A stretch of 63,702 nt of DNA, from positions 67,867,291 through 67,930,992 of the forward strand of contig NC_068985.1 of the NCBI RefSeq assembly GCF_001194135.2. Direction: 5' to 3'. The notes under the pieces are model-generated. The model did not search any database, had not been told where the DNA came from, and was given only the letters and a program-made list of their open reading frames with translations. This stretch comes from Octopus bimaculoides. Lineage: Eukaryota. The position numbers and the translations under genes are program-made. The stretch's first letter is position 1, and each line of letters opens with the position of its first letter. Positions 1 through 11,088 of the stretch are shown piece after piece.

Positions 1-234
1 TATATGTATTGGTAGCTCACTAATTCCCGTCGTTGATCAGGTAATTTCTATTACTCTTTCTCAGGAGCCACATTCAAAATATGATTATGTATAATATTTA
101 CTCCTCTTGCATGTGTGTATTTTATAAGAGAAAATCATGTAATAATTGATGTAGAAGAAAGGTCAATTTCATATACGAATTTCTGTTTGAACTTCTGTTT
201 GTATAACAATAATAAATGAATTGTATGTGTTATT

Positions 235-2237
235 TTATTTATCAATACACTTATGGCAATTATATAATTCACTTGATTTAAATAAGTAATTTACTCGTTC
301 TTGAATGTAATGATAGTAATGGGAAATTAATTTATTGAAGTACTCATGTTGAATTAAGAGTGAATATTTCTTTATAAACAATGTTTTTTTATTATTTCGG
401 GGTGCATAAGCAAAACGATTGGATTCTGCTCCCATATTTGATGCTTCTACATAAAGTTGGCCATGTGAAAAGCATGGTACTTCAAGTTGCAATCCAGCAA
501 TTTTTACTGTTGGTCCCTGACTTTTATTAATGCTCATGGCCAAAGAAACTTGGATAGGAAAGTGTAACTGCTTAAATTGGAATGGAGTATTAGAGGTTGT
601 ATCTAGTATATGAGGAATGAACACGGTCTCACATTTACCACAACCAATGAGGATATTTGCTTCAATGCAGTTCCTCATAAGTTTGTGCACAATTAAATTT
701 GTACCATTGTATAATTTTGGTTGACACAAATTATGCTATAGAATAATAAGAGTCTCTTTTTTCAGCTGATGACAATGAGGAGTTGTGCTTGGTGGTTCTA
801 GTGAATTCAAAAATTCGATGGGGTAGTTAACGCTATCCTGATCATCAACAACACTGGCAAGTGAGTTATAAGTGAATACTTCTCCCAGAAGTTTATCCAA
901 TAGCATAGTGTTAATACTATTTACATGAACATATTTTGGAGCCAAGATAGCTCGTTGACAGATCCAATCTGTATTGTTATAATTACGAAGAAAATTCAGA
1001 AATCTTTCAGCCACCAAATCATCGACGGAATCAGGTGGATTACATATTGAACTGAGTGTAAGAAACTTTTCTTCATCAATTGCGACTCCCTCTTCACTGA
1101 GTTTCAAAAGCTGCTCTGCTAATAGTTCAGCTGATTGATTTCTTGAAAGCTGCAATCACATATTTTTGTCGAGAGTTGAATTGTTTTTACATGGTACCGT
1201 AATACAAAAGACTTTATTGAAGCATTGAGCTTGTCCACTTTTGCTTGTCTCGGAACAACTGGTAGTGTTTGTCGGAAGTCTCATAACAATAATACTGTGA
1301 CATTTCCTATCATGAAATTTAAGTGCATAGTGTCTCGTAATGCTTGTCAACAGCTCCAAAAGGTCTTTTCTGGATTATAGTACATTCGTCCCATACAATG
1401 AAGTGACATCTTTGTATTAGTTCATCCATTCCAGATTTTTAGATATATTATGAACTGGATTTGCTTTGTTTGATAAATCTAAAGATAACTTGAATGTTCA
1501 ATAGGCAGTCCGAATTCCGGGTAGTAATGTTGCTGCAATCCCAGAATTAGCAGTAGCTAAAGCTATTTTATTTTCGTGGAGTGTTTAGTTACAAATGTTT
1601 ACCCAATACCTCCTGGAGCGTCTGAAAAGTAAAGTCCTCATATGTTATTGTTAAAATATTTTATATGACAGAGAAATATGCACGACATTGATCAGGTAGA
1701 AGCTTTGGAAGATTATCATTTATGTTCATGATCAGTTCCCCCATATCAGGAAATTTCTCTCATTACTTCAGTGGACAAACTTTTAAGATCCCCTCTATTA
1801 GTTAGTAGGAGACCTAAATTTTCTATAGGTTCACCTCTCATCGAAATAATTTGATCTTTAAAATCAACGCTGACTTGTATACAGAATCAGTGAATGTAAT
1901 ATCATGCTCAGAATTACTCAACTGAACTTGGTGCTTGAAATCTTCAGTAAGATCATTTCAGAACTTATTCCACAGTTCAACATGATAACGTACTTCACAA
2001 TTTTTGAGAATAATAGCAAAAAGACATTGTAAATCTTTGGCACTTTTGATATTGAAGCTTCTTCCAGTGTTAATTCCTATTGCTGATCATTTGCAAGCAA
2101 ACCTAACTTCAAACATGCTTATCGATATGTTCTGCTAATCTCACTATCAACTCCTTTCAAACTTTCCAAGAAGTTGGTCCTCTTTTTACACGAAGAAACA
2201 TTCTGAGATGAAAGCATTCATTTTCGTTAGGATGTAC
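235..2237 (-). mobile_element. Helitron Rep-helicase (PIF1-family) coding relic, frameshifted and with stops
   Basis: Minus-strand translation gives VHPNENECFHLRMFLRVKRGPTSWK (~2160-2237, Rep-Hel junction-like), decayed Walker A DAPGGIG*TF (~1595-1622), ATANSGIAATLLPG, Walker B IVWDEC (~1382-1399) and the C-terminal FPIQVSLAMSINKSQG...CFSHGQLYV (ORF 235-729). Confidence 0.9.
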
Positions 2238-2921
2238 NNNNNNNNNNNNNNNNNNNNNNNNNNNNNNNNNNNNNNNNNNNNNNNNNNNNNNNNNNNNNNN
2301 NNNNNNNNNNNNNNNNNNNNNNNNNNNNNNNNNNNNNTAAGCAAATTTTGTTCCCGGGCCACTGCCCCCTATGCCTCTTTTCTGTGCCCCACTTATGCCA
2401 CAGACCCTATGAGTTATATTGAAGAACTAAATATCATTAACCTGTTCTCTATATTTACGAAAAAGTTATATAAATTTGTTAATATGTAATATCATACAAA
2501 ATTACAAGTTTATATATCAGCGACTAGACAACTTGTTTGCGTAGATTCTACATTTCCAAAAACATGCTAGATGAATAGTGAGTCATATGTTAAAGGTAAG
2601 GCAATTATAAATAATTCGATAGTCAGATGACCAAAAATATCGATTGCTTCCGTTAACAATATGGATTGCATAAAAATAGAATATCGATCCAATGAACTAT
2701 TTTCCATATAACTAATATATTTTTATATCAATTAAGCCTAATACTTAATAATACAATGCGATTGCGCGATATTATATTTCGATATTGGTTATCGTCCAGC
2801 TGATCAATAAACATAAGCAGACTTTCTGCTCGAATTCCTGGTTTCTTTTCATATATTTGCGCCAGGCTATATGAATAAGATGTATTCAATACTAGAAAAT
2901 CCTACATATCTATATTATACA

Positions 2922-2924
<3 letters not shown>

Positions 2925-2968
<44 letters not shown>

Positions 2969-3120
2969 CATACACACACTCTCTCACTCTCTTTCTCTCT
3001 GTGTGTGTATATGTAGATAGATACATACATACATACATACATAGATTTATTGATACATACATACATACATACATACATGCATACATACATACATGCATGC
3101 ATGCATACATACATACATAC
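2925..3120. repeat. (CT)n followed by (CATA)n microsatellites
   Basis: Read directly from the sequence. Confidence 0.95.
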
Positions 3121-3514
3121 ATATTCACGCCTTGCTGTAATGCTTTAGAAAATGTCCTACTGATGTTTTTAATAAACTCCGGAGAAATTACAATTTTCTG
3201 AATAATGTAGGCTTGTTTAGAAAACAATAAGCATTAATTTTCATCCAGCCTTTCACCTTCTTGAAAAACTGTCAGGATATATTTTAGTGCAGTAAAACCT
3301 GTATAATTTCATTATATTTTACACGTGTTGATTCGCCATTTCTGAACACATTGTATGCGATCTTTTTCTCGTGACCCCGTTTCAGTTTGCCTACATATCA
3401 GGCAAATTAAATTTATTTTATTTAGTATAAATTATATTTGGCTTCAAATGCTAAATTCCATTATTCTTCTTTGAATGATATAAGATATAGACAGAACCAC
3501 TCTCCCTCACACAC

Positions 3515-3515
3515 A

Positions 3516-3574
<59 letters not shown>

Positions 3575-4038
3575 NNNNNNNNNNNNNNNNNNNNNNNNNN
3601 NNNNNNNNNNNNNNNNNNNNNNNNNNNNNNNNNNNNNNNNNNNNNNNNNNNNNNNNNNNNNNNNNNNNNNNNNNNNNNNNNNNNNNNNNNNNNNNNNNNN
3701 NNNNNNNNNNNNNNNNNNNNNNNNNNNNNNNNNNNNNNNNNNNNNNNNNNNNNNNNNNNNNNNNNNNNNNNNNNNNNNNNNNNNNNNNNNNNNNNNNNNN
3801 NNNNNNNNNNNNNNNNNNNNNTAACTATAAACATTTAGGTATGTGTGTAAATGGATGCAAAATGAAACAGTGAACGCTATTAGACTCGAACCAGAACGTG
3901 TTCAAGTAGTTTCAAATCAGCTTTAGGCCACCTTTACTGAAATCATGATTAAGCCTCCTTCTCCGACCGTATCGAACTGTACTGATATAACGCAAGATAA
4001 ATAGATAAATAATAATAATAATAATAATGATGATAATC

Positions 4039-4088
<50 letters not shown>

Positions 4089-4090
4089 CT
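3515..4090. repeat. (CA)n next to an assembly gap, then (AAT)n
   Basis: Read directly from the sequence. Confidence 0.9.
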
Positions 4091-4190
4091 ATGGTTGGAT
4101 GATTACTATTATTACATCATTACCATAATGACTGAAATTGCGTTTCATCACTCTGGTCGATACCTGATGAAGAATTGGTTATCTAAGTTA

Positions 4191-4440
4191 TCTGTCCGCC
4201 TGTGTATTTAGTATATGTTCATTTGTTTATTTACTATACGTTTTTCTTTATTCCGTTTGTTGTCTCTTTATCTAATCCTGAAAATATTATTTATGTAACG
4301 CACGCACTCACTAATTTTTTACCCATTTGTAGAAATATTCATGGAATATTTTTGTGCAACTCTGTTTGTTTCTTTTACTATACTTCTCTTAATTTCCTTT
4401 CTTACTCTCTCAGTCCGTCTGTCTGTCTGTCTCTGCCTCA

Positions 4441-4511
<71 letters not shown>

Positions 4512-4968
4512 TCTGTTACTCTTCTCCCAATATCACGTCACTCGTGACAACCTCAGGCAGTGTCATTCTTTTTCGCGTTGCATTTGACCGTATTGGACAC
4601 GACTTTATAATGTCCTCGCTCTACGTCTCCCGTGTATAGTCCTTTAGGACAGTTTTCATTTCTCATTCGCATTACCCATTTTTCTTTTATCTTGCAGCCC
4701 CAAGGCTTTTTTTTTTGCATATGTATTATCATTATTAATTGTTGTCTTCGTGTGTCCCTAAGCTTTTATTCTGTTTATCGTTTTGTCTCGAGCCCGTTCC
4801 TTTCTGTTATGTTTAGGTCTCATTTCCGAGAAGTTGCTTGTCGGTCTCTCCCGAGTGGAAGCAATATTATCGATAACGGCTGAAATTAAGTTTGACACCT
4901 ATGGCCGACCTGTTTTCTGTCCGCCTGTGTATTTAGTACATGTTCGTTTGTTTATTTACTACACGTTT
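4191..4968 (+). repeat. ~53-bp direct repeat pair (4191-4243 and 4916-4968) flanking a CT-rich core; possible non-autonomous element
   Basis: TCTGTCCGCCTGTGTATTTAGTAYATGTTCRTTTGTTTATTTACTAYACGTTT occurs twice. Confidence 0.7.
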
Positions 4969-5043
4969 TCATTATTTGTATACTATAGGTAGGTTATATT
5001 TTCCGATTGTTGTATTTTCTTTTTCGTCCTGAAATATATATAA

Positions 5044-8000
5044 TCTATATATATAATCTATATATATAAAGATGGAAACGTGTGTCTGTGTGTGTGTCTG
5101 TCTGTGTGAATCCCTAAAATTCGAGAACTACACAACCGATTTCATTCAAATTTTACACTTACACTACATATGATCCATGGAGTGTTATGGGCTAAAAAAT
5201 GTTTTCATCTTCTTGCCTAATGCGGCCCGGAGCAATTTCTTTACACTGGTTCGCTATTATGTGTCAAAAGTGAAAGAATAACATCAGCTTTACTTTTATT
5301 CTTCCGGTTCATAACAAAGTTTCACTTGCATTGCACATTTACAGTAACATTCATTTTGTTTGTGATTCGAAACAAATTCACAAATTTACCTCCAAGTCAA
5401 TAACTTCATTGCTGTCATTGAACAATGCAAGTTCATACTTCGTTACATTTACCCTGTATGGTGTACGGTTGTTTCCCATTCAACAACTTCTGTCCAAATG
5501 GGCAGAATCTAACTACACTCATGGTCCGCTTTACACACATCTGAAAAACATTGTCCCCTTATATTTCATTCTCATTTGTTTCCCACGACAGAGAAATGAA
5601 ACTTACTTCTCTCGACGGGACAATGGAAGATGGTAAGAGACATTAACCAGATACTACCTTGTCAAGTGAAATATATTGTCATCCACTTCACCTCTGACCT
5701 TGCTAGTGTACGGAGAGTTCAAACGACCCCACACGACTATAACACCACCGATATCTTCATCCATCTACCTGTCTGATTTCTTATAAATACAACAGAGCAG
5801 CGACGCATTCACAAACAACTCCTAAAATTAATATTGAAGCAAACGACAACATTCGGTACGCAATTCGTAACCACTTTTTCCTTTACTCTTACCATTTCTC
5901 TCGCCTTACCTTTCACAACCTTACTCTATCAAAGCAATACTGAACATGTAAAACCCATTCATTCATTCTGCTGAATTCGTTACGTAACATTTTTCATTTA
6001 CAAATTGGATCTATTTTGATAAATGCACCCGCGTGCGTTTCACTAAGGAAAAAAAATGGGATTTTTTTTTTGCGTTAAACGAAGTACCTCCAACTCCTAA
6101 CATGCCAAAAACATCCTATTTTTCTTCAGAAACAAAGGGAGGGCTGTGGTGGCTGACCTCGCATTTTCTCCTGAACGTCCGTGGTCCCCCACTACATAAA
6201 ACACAATCGGCTCCTACCTACATAAAACAAACGGCTCCTTCCTACAGTAAATGAAAGATTTGGTTGCTATTCCTAGCACGTGCTGCAACCACGTAACAAC
6301 TATTTGCGATAACGGAGTGTCCTTTATCACAAATACCTGTTCAGTGGTAGCAGGACATTCTAGAAATACCAGCCTAATCGGTTCATAACAACGTTTCACT
6401 TTGTTTCACTTTTAATTCGAATTTACACATTTACCATTCAATTACCATAATTATCGTACGTGTTGCAGTGTTACAAGTTATTTACATTTACTGTTTCATA
6501 TTAACACTTCAATTAACATGACATCAAAATAACGCGTATACGGCTCCTTTACACAGAAAATGAAGGAGCTGACTGCTATTTCTACCACGTAACAGCTATT
6601 CGCAAATACCTGTTCAGTGGTAGCAGGACTGCTAGAAATACTAACCAAATCGGTTAATGTTTACAAGTACATCTGCATGTCAACTCCCACCACTTTTCTT
6701 TCTTTTCCAGCGGTTTACTATGTTCTCCATGACGGACATTCCAATTATACAAAAAAAAAAAAAAAAAGAAAATGTTTCATTTTCAATTCTCCGTTCTTAC
6801 TCCAAATTTTTACGTTTTAACTTTTTCAAAATAATTTCTTACTTCTTGCCTAATACGGGCGCCGAGCAATCTTTTATATTGTTCAGTCAATTTATTTACA
6901 TTTTAACTTCTTTTCCATTTCTTTTCTTCAATCTACTTCGAAACATACTGAGATTAAGAATAGGCGAACAGGGTATTTGATTCCAAGCCAAACAAAATCC
7001 GATGTTTTTTACGTTCTGCTTAGTGAAACGCGTGCAGGTGCACTTATTAAAATTTACCAATAATTTTTTGCTTCTTTATTAATGCTATGCTGCAGACCTA
7101 CCAGCTTACCTCTAACCATTCGTAGGATCAGATGCAGCATGAACGGGGGCTTCTGCCCCACGAGTACCACTAAACAAAAGTAAGAAACTCATCAATTGCT
7201 CTTTCATTAACCCTTTCCCTATCCAATCCCAGGCTACGCTGGTGCTCATGACTAATGTAAATCGCAAGCGTCCAGAATTTAATTTACTGATGAGTAAAAA
7301 TTTTACACATGCCTTATTTACTTCCCATGGAGTCATGGACCAAAACAATTGCTAACTTCTTGCCTAGTGCGGGGGTAGAACAATCTTTTACACTGATTCA
7401 CTATTATGTACAAAAAGTGAGAGAATAGTAACTATATTGTAATGTCATAAAATTTGTTTAGTGTTATAATCATACGTTTCATTCTAATGTGATAAGACTA
7501 TAATATTGTTTCACTTTTATTGTTTCCATTTTCATTATAATGTCATAACACTAACATCATTTTATTTTATACATTTACTGTTGAACTACCAATTAATTAT
7601 TACTGCAGCAATTACAAGGCTGCGAGTTATTTACAGTTACATGGTAACACTTCAATTAATATGTAATACTTAACAGTGTATCTGAGTGTATTTCCTCCTG
7701 CTTCTTTTAGGTCATGCCCCGAAGGAAGAGTTACTCAATTGACCGAAAAACTGCGAAAGCGGTACGATCATCAGCAAATATGGTACATGGATCGTCACTG
7801 GAAACTTCTATTAGACGATCACAAAATGCTGAACGTACAGCCACGACAAGAGCGTTCCAAACAGTGGACCAGCGTACAGTTCGGCCAACGCTGACACTGA
7901 ACACCAGCGGTAATTTTGACGGACTGCTGCTGCACAAGCTGCAGAGACTGAACACCAGCGTAAAGTTCGACGAGCTGCTAATGCTGCCTCAACTGCGGCT

Positions 8001-8270
8001 GCATGAGCTGGAGAGGCTGAATACCAGCGTAAAGTTCGACGAGCTGCTAATGCTGCCTCAACTGCGGCTGCATGAGCTGGAGAGGCTGAACACCAACGTA
8101 AACCGCGACGAACCGCTGATGCTGCATTAACTGCTGCTGCACGAGCTGCAGAGATCGAACAACACTGTGAAGTTCGACGACTGCTGCGGCACGAGCTGCA
8201 GAGATTGGAGGCCAACGACCTACACGCCTGGTCAGGAATGCTGCCAACATGCATTGCCCGGATCAAGTTA
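5044..8270 (+). mobile_element. Helitron 5' portion: TC terminus, repetitive 5' region and start of Rep ORF; 3' part missing
   Basis: A|TCTATATATATA start present twice in tandem (5044, 5057), then a GT-rich microsatellite and a CCGATTT...AAATTTTACAC motif. The 5175-5280 module recurs at 7324-7420. A polypyrimidine-AG acceptor (7691-7710) precedes ATG 7714. No 3' hairpin/CTAG found. Confidence 0.7.
7714..8210 (+). pseudogene. Helitron Rep N-terminal ORF relic with 69-bp (23-aa) Arg/Ala-rich tandem repeats
   Basis: MPRRKSYSIDRKTAK...RRSQNAERTATTRA resembles animal Helitron N-termini (recalled similarity). 69-bp units start at 7948, 8017 and 8086, with partial units at 7897 and 8155. The likely original frame is EHQRKVRRAANAASTAAARAAE. 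Confidence 0.6.
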
Positions 8271-8690
8271 GGATTATTAAGCTAATAAATTTAAGTTTAA
8301 GAGAACTTAAAGCATTCAAAGATTCCAATAAAATATCATCGTGGTTTCGTTCGCGCCATTATTACTGAGCCCACTCAATTCTGGAACCACCAGTATTGTT
8401 ATTAAGCTACTGTGAAAAATCTAGCGAATGTATACTGAGACAGAATTTAAAAAAATATATAAATATAATAGAAGAATTATGCATATATAACAACACGAAG
8501 CCTTAGACCTATATACAACAGAGGGAAAAATAATAATAATTATAGAAATCCCACAAATACAACAGAAAGAGCTTTGCAGATATCAGGCGAACTTAGTGGG
8601 GTAGCGCAGGGTAAAATGGAATAAGTCCTAATAGATGTAGCAGTAGCCCAGAGCAGTATGACCAGTCTTGACAAAATCAGAGCGAAAAAG

Positions 8691-8779
8691 AACGGCGCCG
8701 CTTTCACTGGACACCGGTCACATGGTCGGTATAATTCCTGTACTCTACCACGTGACCGGTGTCCAGTGAAGGCGTTGTT
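8691..8779. other. Long stem-loop (24-bp core stem with 1 mismatch, extendable to ~38 bp)
   Basis: TTCACTGGACACCGGTCACATGGT (8703-8726) pairs with ACCACGTGACCGGTGTCCAGTGAA (8747-8770). Outer AACGGCGCC/GGCGTTGTT pair with two G.U pairs. Confidence 0.9.
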
Positions 8780-9039
8780 GTTGTTACTCCACTTTTCTCC
8801 ACTCTTTACTTTTTCTCCACTCTTTTACTTTTTCTCCACTCTACTTTTTCTCCACTTTTATGCTCTCTTTCAACACTTGCTTGCTTTCCTTGTACCTTTC
8901 TCTTCTCTCTCTTTCACACTGTTTCTCCACTTCCTCTGCTCCTTCCTCTCTCTCTCTCTCTCTCTCCCTCTCTCTCTTTCTCACTCTTTGTATCCCATTC
9001 TTTTTCTCCATATATACTTAGTCAAAGAAAGGGTTCATA

Positions 9040-10140
9040 CAGCAAATCATCGACGGAATCAGTAGAATTATATATTGCATTGACTATATGAAACTGTTCT
9101 TCATCAATTGGTATTCTCCCTTCACCGAGTTTCAAAAACTGTTCTGCAAATAGTTCAGCTGACTAACCTCTTGAAAGCGTCAATCTCACATAATAATTGG
9201 TGTAGAAAAGAGATGAACTTGATTCATGGACTTATATATTTGTTTATTATATGACAATAGTGAGTTTTATATTTTTTTTTACTATATTTATCAATACAAT
9301 AATGGTAATTATGTAATACAGTTTATTGAAATAGATTATTTACTCATTCTTGAATGTAATGATTGTAATGGGAAATTAAGTTATTGAAGTATTCATGTTG
9401 TATTAAGAGTGAATATTTCTTTATAAGCAGTGTTTTGTTTTCGGGGTTCATAACCGAAAAGATTTCTTTTTGATCTTACTCATGATGCTCCAACATAAAG
9501 TTGGCCATCTGGAAAGCATGGTTCTTGGAGTTGCAATCGAGCAACTTTTAGTGTTTGGCCCTGATTTTATTAATGATCATGGCAAAATAAACTTGGATAG
9601 GAAACTTTAACCGTTTAAATTGGAATGGGACATTAGATGGTATAACTGGTATGCGAGGATTAAAGACAGTGTTACCTTTACAACAACCAATGAGTATATT
9701 TGCCTCAGTGCAGTTCCTCATAATTTGTGCACAATTAATCTTGTACCATTGCATACTTTTGGTTGAGACAAATTGCGCAATATCATGGTAGGAGTCCTTT
9801 TTTTCAGCCGAAGGCAATAAGGAGTTGTAACTGGTGGTTCTAGTGAGTTCAAAAATTCGATAGGGTAGTTAATACTTTCCTGATCATCAACAACATTGTC
9901 ATTTGAGTTATAAATAAATATTTCTCCCGGAAGCTTATTCAATAGAATATTATTAAGCTATGGACTGCAACAGTTTTTGGAGCCAGGATAGTTAACTGAC
10001 AGATTCAATCTTTATTGTTGTAATTATGAAGAAGATTAGGAAAGATTTCATCTACCAAATCATCGGCGGAATGAGTTGAATTACATATTGGATTGAGTGT
10101 AAGAAACTGTTCTTCATCAATTGGAAGTCTCCATTCGCTG
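9040..10140 (-). mobile_element. Second Helitron PIF1 helicase relic (paralogous to 145-1160), with an extra copy of one segment
   Basis: ORFs 9718-9942 and 9548-9817 (YPIEFLNSLEPP...; FQFKRLKFPIQVYFAMIINK) parallel ORFs 736-1155 and 235-729. 9045-9190 and 10050-10140 both match 1015-1160. Confidence 0.85.
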
Positions 10141-10404
10141 GGAAGGAAAGAAAGAGAGAAAGAAAGAGAGAGGAAGAAAGAGAGGGAAAATAGACAGATA
10201 GAGAAGAAGGGAAATCATAGAGAGATTGTGTCTAGTTTTATTTCTCTTTGCAGGACAAACAAAGAGAATCGGTTTGAAATAGCATGACAGACAGCCAGAC
10301 AGACAGAGAATAAGGAAGAGGAGAGAGAATAGAGGAGACATAGAGAGATGGTATCTGGTTTTAGCATCACATTGTGGGACATACAAACTTACAGAATCTT
10401 TCAT

Positions 10405-10442
<38 letters not shown>

Positions 10443-10456
10443 NNNNNNNNNNNNNN

Positions 10457-10535
<79 letters not shown>

Positions 10536-11088
10536 GTAATTATGTTTTTTGAATGCCACAACAATGCATTATAACTGGTGTAATTTAATCATCCATAGTC
10601 TGATATAATATTTCGGAATACAAAAATTCCNNNNNNNNNNNNNNNNNNNNNNNNNNNNNNNNNNNNNNNNNNNNNNNNNNNNNNNNNNNNNNNNNNNNNN
10701 NNNNNNNNNNNNNNNNNNNNNNNNNNNNNNNNNNNNNNNNNNNNNNNNNNNNNNNTTTTCCTTTTTTTTTTCTCTTTCTTCCTTCTTCCTTTTTTCCTTT
10801 TTTTCCTTTTTCTTTCGCCCCAAGTGTCTCTGCACTGGTCTCACGAAGATCTTTCCGGAATTCCTTGTGAGAAGTGCGTGAGGGTGGCCATGTCTCAGGT
10901 TCGTGTGTGCTGGTACACCTGTAGCGCTGCTTCTAAGTTATGTATTATATATGCAATTTCCTCATTTTTCTCCTCCTCCTTCCCTTTTCTCTTCTTTTTT
11001 TCCCTTTTCTTTTCTCTTCCTTTTTTTTAAATAAATAATACATGAGAATGTCATCAAAAAAATAAAAGCTACATGCATCCATATGTAG

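Noticed and set aside
4130-4185. GAAA..GTTTC plus CTGATGA, hammerhead-like
   Set aside because: Stems I and III cannot be formed in any permutation.
7183-7200. TTAACCCTTT resembling a piggyBac end
   Set aside because: No matching opposite terminus found.
7280-7312. CTGATGAG followed by the hairpin GTAAAAATTTTAC
   Set aside because: No GAAA after stem II, so not a hammerhead.
10345-10440. Possible minus-strand Helitron 5' end for the 9190-10140 relic
   Set aside because: The TC terminus would fall in the (TA)n/gap and cannot be verified.
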